Below, piece by piece: positions 30,242-45,080 of a stretch of DNA of 64,000 nucleotides; position 1 is the first letter of the stretch, and each line of letters begins with the position of its first letter. Both the position numbers and the translations under genes were made by a program. The notes under the pieces are model-generated. The model searched no databases. It saw nothing but the letters and a program-made list of their open reading frames with translations, and had not been told where the DNA came from. This DNA comes from Eledone cirrhosa (taxonomy: Eukaryota), in assembly GCA_964016885.1 (NCBI GenBank), contig OZ024747.1, positions 16,492,001 through 16,556,000 of the forward strand. Reading direction: 5' to 3'.

Positions 30242-31835
30242 GGACTAGATAAATGCGCCAAAGCAACGTTCACCAGAGGAAAGCTGCTGAAAAGTTCAGA
30301 CATTAATCTTGATCAAGGGAATGTGATAAGAGAACTTGATCAAGAGGAAACTTACACATATCTAGGTGTTTGTGAAGGAGACGGAATCAAGCACTCGACA
30401 ATGAGGGAAAGGATAAGGAAGGAATGTTACCGCAGAGTAAGAGCAATCTTAAGAACGGAATTGAATGCAAGGAACAGGATCGATGGCATAAACCCACTTG
30501 CCATAATAGTAGTAACCTACAGTTACAATGTCATTAACTGGTCAAGCACAGAGATCCGTAGGCTCGATACAAAAATTAGAAAATTCTTAACCATGCACAG
30601 AATGCATCACCCTAAGGAAGATACAGATAGAATATATCTCCCTAGGAAAGAAGAGGGACGTGGGTTAATCCAGTTAGACATTGCGTTGAAAACTGCAACA
30701 ATTGGATTATCTACATATCTAAGGAATCACATGATTGGATGATCAAACTCGTTTTGAAACACGAAAGCATGAAAAGATCATACTCCATTACAAAAGATGC
30801 ACAAAGATACAGTAATGGACTACACATTCCAGAAGTCTCATTTACTGCTGAAATGGAAAACAAAGAAAAAGCAAAGCAGGTAAAACTAACTGCAAAGAAA
30901 GAACTGCTATAGAAACAGGATAAGAAATGGCAAGAAAAGCCTCTGTATGGAAAATACCCAGAACGAGCTAACAATCCTGATGTTGACAAAACTTTAACCC
31001 ATCAGTGGTTGGCATCCTCTGGACTGAAATCGGAAACTGAAGGACTGATTATATCAGCACAAGATCAGTGTCTGCCAACAAAAAATTACCAAGCCAACAT
31101 AATAAAAAATGGATGCAGCCCATTATGCCGTGTATGCAAAAAACAACCAGAGACCATTGACCATATAATTTCAATGTGCAGTCCTATAGCTCAAACCGAA
31201 TACCTAAACAGGCATGACAGAGCTGCACAATACATACATTGGATAACGTGTAAGCATTTTGACCTGCCCCATCAAAGGAATTGGTGGGAGCATCAACCAC
31301 CTCCCATACTTGAAAAAGATCGCATCTCAATCTTGTGGAACTTTAGCATCCCAAAAGACCGAAAAATAGATACAAATAGACCTGATATAATATTGAATGA
31401 CTTTAAAAAGAGGGTATTCCTGCTAATTGATATGTCCGTTCCAATAGACAAGAATGTATCTATAAAAACATTTGAAAAATTGAGCAAGTATAAGGACCTG
31501 GAAATAGAAATTGGAAAAATGTGGAAATTGAGAACTAAAACAATACCAGTGGTTGTACGCGCTCTGGGAATGATACCTAAGGGGTCTAATGATTACTTAT
31601 CGCAAATCCCAGGAAACCCGTGTATAGGAGAAATACAAAAGATAGTACTAATGGGAACTGCCCATTTACTAAGTAAGATTCTGTCAATATAAGTACATCA
31701 CAAGTCTAAACACTAAAGATGCATGTGTGAGTATGTATGTTCTTTCTTGAACATGGCGGACCTTGTTGTCTCTTGAGGTCACTGGTTGTGACTTGGTGAT
31801 AACTCGTATGAACATAAAGCAAGATAAATGCAACT

Positions 31836-31836
<1 letters not shown>
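30242..31836 (+). mobile_element. 5'-truncated (1.6 kb) copy of family 1
   Basis: Colinear with ~28270-29927; RLE domain open (31009-31692); (TAA)n tail 31837-31872. Confidence 0.92.
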
Positions 31837-31872
<36 letters not shown>

Positions 31873-34800
31873 GAGATAGTGCCACCCTAAAATCACCGAG
31901 AGTGATGAAATCACCGGTGTTTATGTAACCATATATTCACCTATCCTCGATAAGAGTGTTTCAATGTCGAACCTAAACAGTTCGAATAACGGTGAAGTGG
32001 AGACTGGAATGTCATGTGACAGACTCTCACCCAGCAGGTGCTCCCTGGCACAGCAGCAGGGACCTGGCTGTCAACCATATTCTGCTGGTGTCGGAGGAAG
32101 AAGAAGGAAAGGGACCAGAACCAACTGGACGAAAGAATTGAATAGTACTGTTATGCGATGTTACCTAATGAGTAGCCCCAAGCAAAAAGGCTATAGGAAA
32201 CGGATGCATAACATCTGGAACGAGATTGGTCTATTTAAATTAGATGAACAAAAATTGGCCGGGCAGGCTCGGGTAATAAGAACTAATGGGTGTATAAGCG
32301 AGCTGGAAGTGGAGGAACTGAGCAGAGAGATTAGGTTGGAAATGGAGAGTGGAGTATGCCAGACAAATGAGCCAGTGGGAAATGAATTTGAAGAGGTTGA
32401 GAGAACGGAGGAACCATCCGAAGCAGACAATGATCTGAATGTTGTAATAAATAATTGTTACTACTTTAGGCACAAGGCCAGCAATTACCCAGTGCATTAC
32501 TGGTACTTTATTTTATCGACCCCGTAAGGATGAAAGGCAAAGTCAACCTCGGCGGGATTTGAACTCAGATCGTAAAGGGACGTAACTATGCTGGAAAGCA
32601 TGGCATCCGACCTTCTACCGATACTATCAAACCACCGCCCTAATGCTGAAATAAATAATACCTGGAACAAAGATACGGCCATTGAGGAGATGAATGCTGA
32701 CGGGCTAGGACAAGATTTGGTTGATATCCTAAACTTAGTGGTAGATGAAATGAACAATGATAGTGGGAAACCTATGAACCTAAGATTTGTAGACAGGAAA
32801 AAGTTAAAAGAAACAACAGCTAAGGTAAACAAAGTCATCCCATACCTTGAGGCGAGGAGCCTTCACAGTGCAACAATATCGTCAGAGCAACAGAAAATGG
32901 GGTAAGGAAATTACTTGGCATAAAAGTGAGAGGAAACAACAAACAAGAAAGATCAGAACCTTGGTGGAAGAAACGACTGAATGGTCAAATCAGGGAAATG
33001 AGAAATGACATTAGAAAAAACATAGACACTAAAAATAGACTGGAAATAAAGTACAAAACTAGGAGGAAAAGGCTAAATAGTATCATAGAGGAACTGAAGC
33101 AACGCATTGTAGCAAAGAGTGCAAAAATTAGGCGATACGAGAGCAGAGTCAGTCAGTATAGACAGAACAGAATGTTTGACAACAACCAGAATATGTTGTT
33201 TGGACAGCTTCAAGGGAAAGAAAGAGGCAATGACTTGATCCCTGAGGCGGAACAAACTAAGACATTCTGGAGAGGAATATGATAGCAGGATGTTAAACAT
33301 AATGACCAGGCAGTGTGGATTGAGACAGTACAACAGGAGATTAATGAACAGGCACACCAACAAACTGATTTGAGTATCACAGTTGAAACTCTGAAGGGGC
33401 AGGTCAAAAAGCTAACCAAATGGAAATCACCAGGCCCAGATGGTGTGCAGGGGTATTGGATTAAAAATGTAACATCCCTCCACCCGAAACTGACAGCCAT
33501 GTTCAATGACTGCTTGATGTCAGGTGAGGTACCAGAATGGTTGACAAAAGGTACCACAGTTCTGGTAATGAAAGACCGAATCAAGGGTAATGATGTTACC
33601 AACTATAGACCTATCACATGTCTGTCCGTAATGTTGAATCTGTTGACCAGCATTGTGTCTGATGAAATCTACCATCACCTCCACACAAACAACTTGTTAC
33701 CCGACGACAGAAAGGATGCCGAAAGAAGTCCCGTGGTACAAAGGACCAGTTACTTATTGATAAGATGGTAATGTGGAATTGCAAGAGGAGACACATTGGT
33801 CTTGCCATGGGATGGATAGACTACAAAAAGACATTTGACATGGTGACTCATTCTTGGATCACCAAAAGCCTAGAGATCTTCAAGGTGGCAGATAACTTCA
33901 GACAGTTGTTGAGCAAAAGTATGAAGTCCTGGAAAACAGATTTAACATCAGCTGGAGAATCCTTGGGATGCGTGAAGATCAAGAGAGGTATCTTCCATGG
34001 AGATAGTCTGTCCTCTCTGTTGGTTGTCCTTGTCCTGATGTCCCTGACCATTATACTGCGAAAAGTGAGAGCAGGATACAAGTTGGGAAAGGGAGAGCTT
34101 ACCATCAATCACCTCCTCTTCATGGACGATCTTAAGCTCTTCGGGAAGAATGAGAAGGAGTTGGATGTGCTTGTTGACACTGTCCTTATTTTCAGCAATG
34201 ATATATGTATGCAATTTGGTATTAGTAAGTGTGGACTACTTGTGATGAAGAAGGGTGAATTGAGCAGAAGCAACGGAATCCAGGTACCAACAGGTGAGAT
34301 GACAAAGGAAATTGACACTGAAGAAGGATACAAGTATTTGGGTATTCTGGAGACTGATGACATGAAGAACAAAAAAATGAAGGAATTGATAAGATCTGAA
34401 TACATCCGGAGATTAAGGAGCGTATTAAAGTCACATCTGAACAGTAGGAATGCCATAAGTGCAGTAAATTCCCGAGCTGAGTCTAATATTAGGTACAGTG
34501 CGGGAATTCTGAGATGGAATGTTGCTGAACAAAAATAAATGGACAGGAAGACTAGGAAGCTATTGACTATCTACAACATGTTCCACAAGAGGAGTGATAT
34601 CGATATACTCTACTTAAGGAGAATGAAGGTGGAAGAGGTCTTATCAGCATAGTGGACTGTGTTCAGATGGAGAAAAACAACCTACACAAATACGTCACTG
34701 ATAGTAAGGAGCCAATGCTCAGAATTGTACTGAAGGAGAGGACAATAGACCAGGGGATGTCCAAGGAGGTAGTAACAAGGAGAAAGAGCAGCCTTCATGA

Positions 34801-35645
34801 AAAATCCCTTCATAGTACCTTCTTTGAGAAAACTGAATTCAGAGATCCACAGACATAGAACTGGTTGAAAAGAGGAGACCTTAAAAAGGCTACAGAAGGA
34901 ATGTTAAAGGCTGCGCAAGAGCCGGCCCTCAAAACGAAGTGGCTGAAACGCCATATTTACAAGGAGGAGGCTAGCCCACTGTGCAGGATCTGTGGAGAGA
35001 GAGAGAGGAGACTGTAGCTCACATTGTATCCGAGTGTAAACACCAAGCCCAGACTCACTATAAAGGCTGGAGACATGATGTGATGGGCAGGGTGATTCAC
35101 TGGCACCTATGCAAAGTAAACAATTTACCACATTCTGAGAAGTGGTATGAGCATAAGCCAGAGTCGGTGATAGAAAATGATCAGGTGCAGGTGCTATGGG
35201 ATTTTAGGATACAGACGGACAAGAAACTGGAACACAATAGACCTGACCTGGTGGTTTTGGACAAGAAAAAAAAGACCATGCCTGATTGTGGATGTGGCCT
35301 GCCCATTCGACACGAGAGTGCAAGAGAAGTAGAGGGAGAAAATGAACCGATACCAGGACTTAAAGTGGGAGGTAAAAAGGATTTGGAACTGCCATGAAGT
35401 CAAAGTGGTACCGATTGTCATAGGCGCACTAGGTACTATCTCAAAAGGTTTCCAGGGATGGTTAAAGAAAATTGGCCCCGCCCCGATTTTTGGAACACTT
35501 CAAAAGGCATGCTTGCTGGGAACAGCGAGAACCCTCCAATGCGTCCTGAAAATCTGACGCTGCAGGTAGTGGTTTGATATTCATTTCAACAAACTTTCCA
35601 GTTAACTAACATCAATGGCTGAGACTCAAGGAACAATAATAGTAA
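31873..35645 (+). mobile_element. Full-length R4/Dong-like RLE retrotransposon, family 2, disrupted
   Basis: ORF pieces 31964-35557: [80 protein letters not shown]. Degenerate TAA tail. Confidence 0.92.
32456..32641 (-). mobile_element. SINE family A inserted in the family 2 ORF, with 18-bp TSD
   Basis: TSD AATGTTGTAATAAATAAT (32438-55) and AATGCTGAAATAAATAAT (32642-59). Confidence 0.9.
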
Positions 35646-35754
35646 TAATAACTGGCTTACCAATGCACACTGTGAATTTATTTACCCTAGGTGTCAGGAA
35701 GACATTCGGCATATATCTCAGAAACAGTAATGAAAAAAAAAATATTAATAATAA

Positions 35755-35848
35755 TAATTGTTTCTACTTTAGGCACAAAGCCAGCAATTTGAAGGGGACA
35801 CAACATTCTATTAAATAGACCCAGGTGCGTTACTGGGGTCTATTTAAT
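35755..35848 (-). mobile_element. Truncated SINE 3' end with fold-back
   Basis: TTTCTACTTTAGGCACAAAGCCAGCAATT followed by hairpin ATTAAATAGACCCAG..CTGGGGTCTATTTAAT. Confidence 0.6.
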
Positions 35849-36181
35849 GCGCAACCTGACCTGCAAATTATCAAACATATATTTAGGGATAATTGAAAAG
35901 AACCCAAGATCAATTTTTCATGTATTTTAATTACAGGAGGAAATATTTAGGGTAGACAAAGATCTGCAGTTCATAAAGATACCCACGCTTCTAAAATGTG
36001 ATATCACGATGAAACATTAGAAAACAAGTTTATCAACCTACCCATAACTAGAGTTACATCTAGTTTCAATTTCTTTGGCTGTAAAGTCGAGTTTCCATTT
36101 ATTTTCTTATTGTTTAACCTACGTTATCCAATAAAATACAACGTTGTTCTACTGCTAATAAAGACGAAACCAGTATAATAG

Positions 36182-36364
36182 ACCACGTTTAATATAATGT
36201 CCAGCAGTGTATATGCAACCCGAGAACCGCAACGCTGCTTTTAAACAACAATATTATTAAAACACCGACAAAACTGAGGAAAGTAAAATACAACCACGTG
36301 TAATATAATGTCCAGCTACGCTGCTTTTAAACAGCAATATTATTAAAACGCCGGCAAAACTGAG
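36182..36364. repeat. Imperfect tandem duplication (~95 and ~72 bp)
   Basis: ACCACGT.TAATATAATGTCCAGC...ACGCTGCTTTTAAACA.CAATATTATTAAAAC..C..CAAAACTGAG occurs twice. Confidence 0.85.
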
Positions 36365-37819
36365 TAACATGAAATGCATTCAAAATACAATCTCTACGGA
36401 TGATTTAAATCTCTTCAGAGTAGAAATAATACTGAGTTATATCACAACACTCTATAAATATTCTGGTGAATAGAGATTTCACTTTTTGGCTGACCAAATA
36501 AGAATCTGCAATGAATAAACTGATAGATTAAAAAAGAAGCCTAACATTAAATTTAACGATGAAAATAAACCTGTGTGATGAAGATATTTACAGCCTTAAA
36601 GATACCGTTTGTTAGAATACTATGTTATATGTTACCACAGGACTGCAAACCGTCACTATAAAAGGCAAAACGAGGGATATACAGACGAAAATATCAGCCA
36701 TCTCAATACTGTAATTTATTTCAGGGAAATAAGGAAATATAAATGACACATGAATAACAAATATCAGAACACCAAAGGAAAGCTATTAATCTTGATTATA
36801 ACCTTCTTATCGAGCTCACTAAAAGTAAGATACTTAAAATGTATTTACTAAGATGGTATGAAGATTCAAAGTATAGCATCTAGCGTGCAATTACCACCGT
36901 TTGGTACGTTATTGGATTATGTTTTGAACCGTTAGGATCTAAAACTAAGGAAGCCAATTTAAAGTTTTTATTTGTCTCGTAATCATAACATGTTCCTCTA
37001 ATCTCTCGTCAGATTTGCAAGATATAATTACGAAATCCTGTATATTTATGCGAGTAGAGCTAAATACAATGCTCAAAGACGATGTCAAATCTAGTGCTTA
37101 TTAGACGCATTGGATATAATTATTACTATATCATTCGCTGGCCTTTATCTGTGGAAGTAAGAAAGAAAGCAATGCATAACAGTCCCAAGTAGGTTTAACA
37201 TCATTTTCACTGATATTTCTCATCAGATTGATATGGACCATATTTAAAATGGAACAATCGCATGGCAATGTAAAGATAAAATACTAGCTTTTTATAATTG
37301 TGTAATGATTTTGTGACCAAGCCAATGATCAGACTTATATTGGCGTCTGGAATTATGTGTTAATGTATGCTCTTTGCACCATAAAGTAAACGAAACATGG
37401 AGCTATACATTACTGAAGTGAAGTATACTTTATACAACATTTAGTAATTAGTATAAAAACATTTATAAAATAATTAGATGACGATAAGAAAAATGTGATA
37501 AAAGCATCAGGCACATAAACTTGGGAAGATGTTAGAAACGCGTTGCAATACGTAAATTATTTAAAAACAGCTGACACAGGCGACAAGACGCAATTAATCT
37601 ATGTCTGACGTTAAAAACCTGACTAGTATTAATTAGATATTATCACCAATTTATGGCAAAATAACGGTAGCAATTTAGAATTTATCAGTTGACGATTTCA
37701 ACAGTAAGTGTATGTCAAACAAATATGCTAGACAGTTTTACATGCTGGGAACATATTTGAAGTCGTCACCGTTGGTTTCAACCTACATACAGACACACAC
37801 ACATATATATATATATATA

Positions 37820-37945
<126 letters not shown>

Positions 37946-38681
37946 AATATAACGAGTTGATAATGTGTACACGCCTGAAATGATAATCTGATGCTAGAAT
38001 AACTCGATTGAAATCTAATGTACTTGAATCGGTTCCCGTCAATATTGTTCTACTTTAAATATAAATGTAGTATTGCAATAACCTACAATAAAACCAATAA
38101 AATAAAACTGCTTTGAAGTATTTTTAACCGATTTAAATCGTTGTTTTTCTTTTTCTTTCTGTAAGTCGTAACAAAACATATCGACTACTATTGTTTTAAT
38201 ATCATACATTTTGAATAATATTCTACAAGGAGGCATTTTATTCATGACATTATAGGATGTGTTTTCACGGAAGTTAAGTTACTATATTTAGAAGGGTAAT
38301 TGGATGCACGAGATTCGTCATGTATTCTATTTTCTCATTCAATATAAACACAAGAATAAAATAGGATAAAATAAATATTTAAATCGAAACAACCATCTTT
38401 GCTTAAGTAACCACAATACTTGACGTTCTAAAATGATCTCAGGTTTTGGAGGGAGAAGTGTCAATATGTCAAATAGATAAAGGTTTATTCTTTAACATGC
38501 CTGAATGTTATTCAAAATAATATTTCAACTTAACCACGTATTTAACTTTAACATCTGCATCGTGAGATATGGCACATATTATTTTACGTTGAACACTTGA
38601 GATTCTGAAGTGAGTTAATCTGCTGAATTGAACGTTACCTCTTTTGTTTATATATATATAAAATCTGATGTCAAGAACTTG

Positions 38682-38714
<33 letters not shown>

Positions 38715-40350
38715 ATGTGAGTGTGTGTATGGATGTGTGTTTGTGGGGGGGGGGGGGGGTTGCATGTTTGTGTCTTCTTAACATCGGAATTATATATTGC
38801 AGCAACATGCTGGTGTCAGAATAATCTATGAAATATGGTATATATGGGTGTCATCATATGTATATAATCTTATACTACCCTCTCATATGACGTTACTTCG
38901 ATACTCATAGCGTAACCTGATACTGTGGTGCAAATGCGTATTGAGGACCATAGAATACCATTGCATATTTATCACTGACAATCTGCGTGTAAACATGTAA
39001 GTATGTATGTATGTGTGTATATATATATGCATGTATGTATGTACGGACGTTTACATGTATGTTTTTCTTAACCAATTGGGGTTGGGGTCATTTAGTAAAA
39101 TTCAATCCATTGTAAATATTCGGACACGGTCCTTTCAGGACCTGCATCTCTACTTCTTCTTCCCACTACTAACAGAAGCCCAGAAAACGATCATTGATAT
39201 CCTACCCTATCTTCCGAAGCTAAAGGTTATTTTGTGATGTAGTCAGTCATTATATTCACCGAGTTTAAACGATGATTATATTAGAGGACAAATAGGTCGA
39301 GACACATATATATCAGACACAAAGGACATGCATTTCAACATTTCAACCTAAAAAATGTTTGAAAGTTTAAAAAAATATAGATTTGGTGAATTTATCAATT
39401 GGCCTCGGTACAATGCTCACTAACAATTTATAGTAAGGATGATGATGAAGATTTTAATAGCTCACATTAGAAAATCATTTTGTTTTCCACAGAGGATTTG
39501 ATAGGGAAGACAAAATAAGTTTCATAAATCAATTGTACACAAGAAAGAAAATGTTCAAGAAAATTGACTCTAAGTTAATCAAATGTACAAAAATCCAATC
39601 AGAGAAATTGTAACTTTTTTTATGAGTTTTTCAATAAATTAATATTCTTTTACATGAATCACTGGGGGATAGGCTTATTTCTTAGCATCAGATTTTAATG
39701 ACATTTTGAATTTGATGAGAGAAAATAATCTGAAAACCTATGTCTGATATGTAATTTCTATTTTAATTCAAGAAGTAATATAGTTAAAAGAAATTTAATA
39801 ATAACAATAATACAAATAATACTATTTTATTTGCCTCAAGCGACCAACAAGTTACGGACAGACCTATATTTAAATACTTCGCAAACCAGTTTACGAGACC
39901 CAGTTGGTGTAATACACTTTCAAAAATAATGGAGTTGTAACAAAATAGAATAGGTACACATTATAAATTGTGCTAAATGGGGAATGCAGTAAGGGACTAA
40001 GATTGATAATGAAACAGTTTCCGCAAAAATACAGGAAAAAAAAACGCTTATGATGATTCAGTTCACCCTGACACACGAAAGCTAATACTTACATCCCTTG
40101 CTTGGTGATGCGACAAATATATTTGTTGTCACATCACCAGTCTGGGGAGCAGATCGATACTGGAATAGGGTCCATAATTCATACAGGTCACCTTGAGCCA
40201 ATCTTCTGCGAAACGTGCGTAGCAGATCGATACACTATAAACATTTTTCATAAGTAAACATAATTAACTCGTTTTTTTTCTATTATATACACTCTACCTG
40301 TGTATAGAATGCTTGATTTTGTACAAACACCGCAGATCTCTCTCTCTCTC

Positions 40351-40388
<38 letters not shown>

Positions 40389-40760
40389 TATATATACATG
40401 TGTACATAAACACTCACATAGATACACACACGCACACATATAAATAAATATATATATATGTGTGTGTGGGTGTTTATATGTTTGTGTGTACGTCTTTGTG
40501 TTTTAGTCTGACTATATACGTATGCATGTTTTTATATGTTGATGTTTGCACGCAAAATCCCTTTTATAAATGCTGCTATCAGAAATGATAAGTTTCTGCA
40601 TGAAAAGAGATAAGTCTCTTCATAAGCAGCACATTTTATTTGATGTATAAGTTTGCTATATTGGAATTAATGTGGATTACCGATAGGAAACCTGAGGGGG
40701 CGGTGGGTTGAATAAACCGAGGCCCACCCATCAAAGTACGTTATTTATTTATTCATATGT

Positions 40761-40801
<41 letters not shown>

Positions 40802-40894
40802 CATCAATATATATAAATATGTATGTACGTGTGTATACATACACTACACACACACATATCTATATCTATACATACATATATATATATATATATG

Positions 40895-41075
40895 AATGGC
40901 TTCTACGGGACAAGAACTGTATCATTCGGAGGAAATCATCAAAAGGTCCCTGATGATTTCCTCCGAATAAAACAGTTCTAGTCCTGTATAAGCCATTTCT
41001 ATATTAAATTACTTTTACTCTACTATGTACTGAGTACCTTACTTACTGTGGTTATCCCCGTTTTAACCCGGGATC
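40895..41075 (+). mobile_element. Penelope-derived tail with inverted duplicated hammerhead
   Basis: 40895-40941 is inverted at 40951-40997. CTGATGA tttc-ctcc-gaat aAAACAG..CTGTA; same family as 42952-43000. Confidence 0.7.
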
Positions 41076-41111
41076 TACATATATATATATTTATATATAT
41101 ATTATATATTA

Positions 41112-41190
<79 letters not shown>

Positions 41191-41732
41191 GTATAATCCT
41201 TAACATACACATTTAAACTAATTATTAATATTAAATTATTAAATTAAATCTTTAATATTAATGTAAATTTTAATCTTTAATTTTGATTTCTAATTTTTTT
41301 TTATTTTAATTTAATTATAAGTATTATAATCAAAACGTAATGAATCCTGTATTAGAAATATTAATCTCCCACGTTATTCTCAATTCTTCTCTCACTTAGA
41401 TATACTTACGCTGTGTATATTTATCCTTTGAAGCTCATCTCTTCATGCACTCTATTTTCACTATCAATATATATAATTGTTCTTTCTTTCCTCTTCTATC
41501 TTTCTCCTTTTTTATTTCCTTTTTTTCTCTCTCCTTTACATATCACCTACTTCCAAGTGTTTAATTTAAATAAACCGTTATCTTTTCAACATTTCGTACA
41601 CTCATTTGCATACTCACTCATAATTTTGTATCACACCCAATAAATATACTATCTCCACTATCCAGGAAGTTCCAACCGTTAAGGTTGTCTTTTTTTCCGG
41701 GTATGTCAATATTTATTTATAAAACAAATCTG

Positions 41733-41800
41733 TATTTTATCTGATGAAAGCGCACCATAATTTGCCTTGGTTGCCCTTGAAATATGTATAATAAAATAAA
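41733..41800 (+). ncRNA. Type I hammerhead ribozyme
   Basis: tattttat CTGATGA aagcgcacca..tggttgccctt GAA ATATGTAT A ataaaata. Lies in TA-flanked element ~41190-41840. Confidence 0.65.
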
Positions 41801-41836
41801 TATGATTTTATAAATATAGTTTCCATTGATTAATAT

Positions 41837-41900
<64 letters not shown>

Positions 41901-42666
41901 GTGATATCTAAGATATCGTAGAATACAATTGGGATCTATTATGTACAATTAATAGTGTCTAGTAAACTGTTTTGAATCTTGGATATAAAATTTATTTTGT
42001 TTATTCACCCAATGTTCCTAGAATATATATGTGACAAAACCTAATTACTAAATGTGAACACGTTAATCCAGTCACTTTATACTGTTGTTCGGTTATTGTA
42101 CACGTGAGCAGGCATTCGTGGAAATGTATGTGTACTTTGCTTACGAGATAGAATGTACAGTATCACCTCATTTTAATCTAAAGCGTATCATTATTTGATA
42201 TTTTGTCTAGCTCTAGGATAGATATGATAGAAAATATATATGATGAAAAGTTGTTCACCCGCGGTGCACATATTTTTTCTTCCAAAGCAGGATTCCTTCT
42301 TTATGAGTGTATGGTGTGAACACGATTTGGCTGTTATATTTAGCAATTAGAAACACACCCCTTAACTTTCTTACAGATTTCAGGTTTGTCCGTAATTTGA
42401 TCGTTTCCACTGGCTAAGGTAACACTGTCTCAGGCTTGGAGAGTATTGCGGTGCGTGTTTAACAATGACACAGCTCATAATAAACATGATATTTACGCCC
42501 TTGAGTTTCCAAATCAAGTCGGTCAGCCCCGTATAGAGAAGATCGTTCCTGCTTATATATATATATATATATATATAGTACTAATAGTAATACATGTGAG
42601 GACTAAAATCAGAAGATTCCGTTAAGGGTGAAAGGAGCGATTCTTTGCTTGAACTTTAATCTTTTA

Positions 42667-42756
<90 letters not shown>

Positions 42757-42893
42757 CATTTTATTAAGGCTAAATAGTGAGTCTTGTTTCTCTGGAGTTT
42801 CGCCAGTTTGTGATAAACGAGCGAAATTTCCGATTAACAAGACTTAATACAATGAGTTGTGGAGTACTCTTTTCTCTTAGCCATCAAACACAT

Positions 42894-42937
<44 letters not shown>

Positions 42938-42951
42938 ATACGTGTCAGGAA

Positions 42952-43000
42952 GCTTCCTGATGATTTTTCCCGAATGAAACCGTTCCAGTCCTGCAGAAGC
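42952..43000 (+). ncRNA. Degenerate type I hammerhead ribozyme
   Basis: gcttc CTGATGA ttt-ttccc-gaat GAAAC cgttccagtcct GCA gaagc (cleavage triplet GUA changed to GCA). Confidence 0.55.
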
Positions 43001-43883
43001 TTTTCTATTTTGAATGTCTATACTCTGCTTTGTATTTAGTACTGCTTTGTGAATACCTCCGATTGTACCTGGGATAAACTTATATATATATTTTGAAAAA
43101 AACCCTGAACATCTCATTATTTTATCATGAGGAATACTGATGGTAAATGTGGAGTTCGTCCTTTATCGTAGCTTTTTGTATGTTATGAAGCGTTGTGCAA
43201 TTTGTTCTCACTTCTCTAAAATTGTATGCTTTTGTTAGCTGGTATTTGAATCTAATATCTATAGAGTCATACATATACGTCGTGCTTCACATATTTGTGG
43301 AGTGGGTATGAAGTTGGTGTGTCATTATAAAGGATATTGATTTTTACGCCAAATTTCGGTGTACGTATACTTCCATGATTAAACGCTTATTGTTATGGAG
43401 AATTTTATTTGTCAAACTGGTATTGACCTTTAGTGTTTTCCTATCTAGATTTTCCATTTGTGCGGTGTATTGTGTTCCAATTGTTCCTTGTGTAAATATA
43501 TCCTTTGCATTCTGGGGAATATTGCACTTGTCTGGCGAATATTACGTTTTGTGAATCACATTGGCCATTTATATCTTGTCTTCAGGTTTTCTTGAAAGTG
43601 AATAGTTGATAAGTGAAAGTGAATAGTTGATAAAAAATAGGGTTTTGAATTTTTCTTTTTTCGTTTATAGTATATTATTGATGGTAATATATTATTTGGT
43701 TTCATTAATATAGAGATAACCATTATCAGGTTTCTGACACTATTAATCTGTGCGTAATCTGATTGTTTTTATATATATATATATACATGCATGCAGAGAT
43801 TATAATAGTCGGTTTCCGTTAGTTATATTGTGAGATATGTAATTAATATTAATCCTCCAAGTATGGAATTTGGTGTAATTTAT

Positions 43884-44039
<156 letters not shown>

Positions 44040-44816
44040 ATGTCTGTGTGGGTGTATGTGTAAGTGTGTGTGTGTGTCGAAATGGAGAGACAATTAGTGT
44101 AAATTACTGCATAAAGGTAAAAAGTCTAGTGATATACAATAACAGAATAACTACATGATAACAAACATTAATTTATTCTTCTTCAATTACGCTAGAAATA
44201 TACAAATTAATCTCAAGTACGTATATATCCTTAAAAATAATGTTCTTAACCTATTTTAATTGTGCATTCACTCACATTTTATGTACAGAAAATTACTTTC
44301 TTAATTGCCATACTTTTTTCTATTGATACCAAATACTTCCTACTACCTCAAAAATTAAAAATTAAACAAACATCATCAAAAATTAAAAACTAAACAAACA
44401 TCAATTCAAAAACAACTAAAAAAACATATCACACAATTAGCTTTGACTTTCCTTTGGCTCTGATAGTATAAGACAATCAAGAAGAAACATACCATTCTGC
44501 TACATACAAATTTTGCAACTAATAAAGTATGCTAAACTTAACCAACTATAGCTTTATAATGATAGCTTTATAACGAATACTTGTCTTTTCAAAATAAATT
44601 CTTTTGTTAAATACTTTTTTGCTACTAATCTTATATCTACCTGACTGCAATGTTTTCGAATGAAAAAAAATATATACTTCCAAATAACTATTCACTCAAA
44701 TCATCTTAAGTATACCACCCCCATCTTTATCTTCGAATCCTTGGAACGAAAACATTACAAATTGTATCAATGTTTCTTAAGTTGACCGTATCATTATATA
44801 TATATATATATATATA

Positions 44817-45005
44817 GGAACGAGTAGGACCCCGACGGCTGAGCTGAAGCCGTTTCGACGGCTAATTGTGTCCAGAATTAGCCGTCGAAACGGCTTGAGC
44901 TCAGCCGTCGGGGTCCTACTCGTTCCTATTACCCACTCTACTACCCTAAGTATTGAGTACTTTGGTGCCTTATGGTCCACCAGGTTCCTTACCACATTTC
45001 CTCCG

Positions 45006-45008
<3 letters not shown>
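44817..45008 (+). mobile_element. Penelope-derived tail folded back into a palindrome, with the 3' half of a hammerhead
   Basis: ~44815-44867 is inverted at ~44876-44929. GAAACGGCT-TGAGCTC-AGCCGTC gives a full stem III plus GUC. Same family as 8992-9120; TA-flanked. Confidence 0.8.

Positions 45009-45074
<66 letters not shown>

Positions 45075-45080
<6 letters not shown>

Noticed and set aside
40102-40138. Small hairpin TGGTGATGCGACAA..TTGTCACATCACCA
   Set aside because: Isolated, with no second copy or recognisable motif.
43100-43760. Possible decayed GIY-YIG fragment on the minus strand
   Set aside because: Only vague residues (CDSQNVIF..ECK); too degraded to call by eye.
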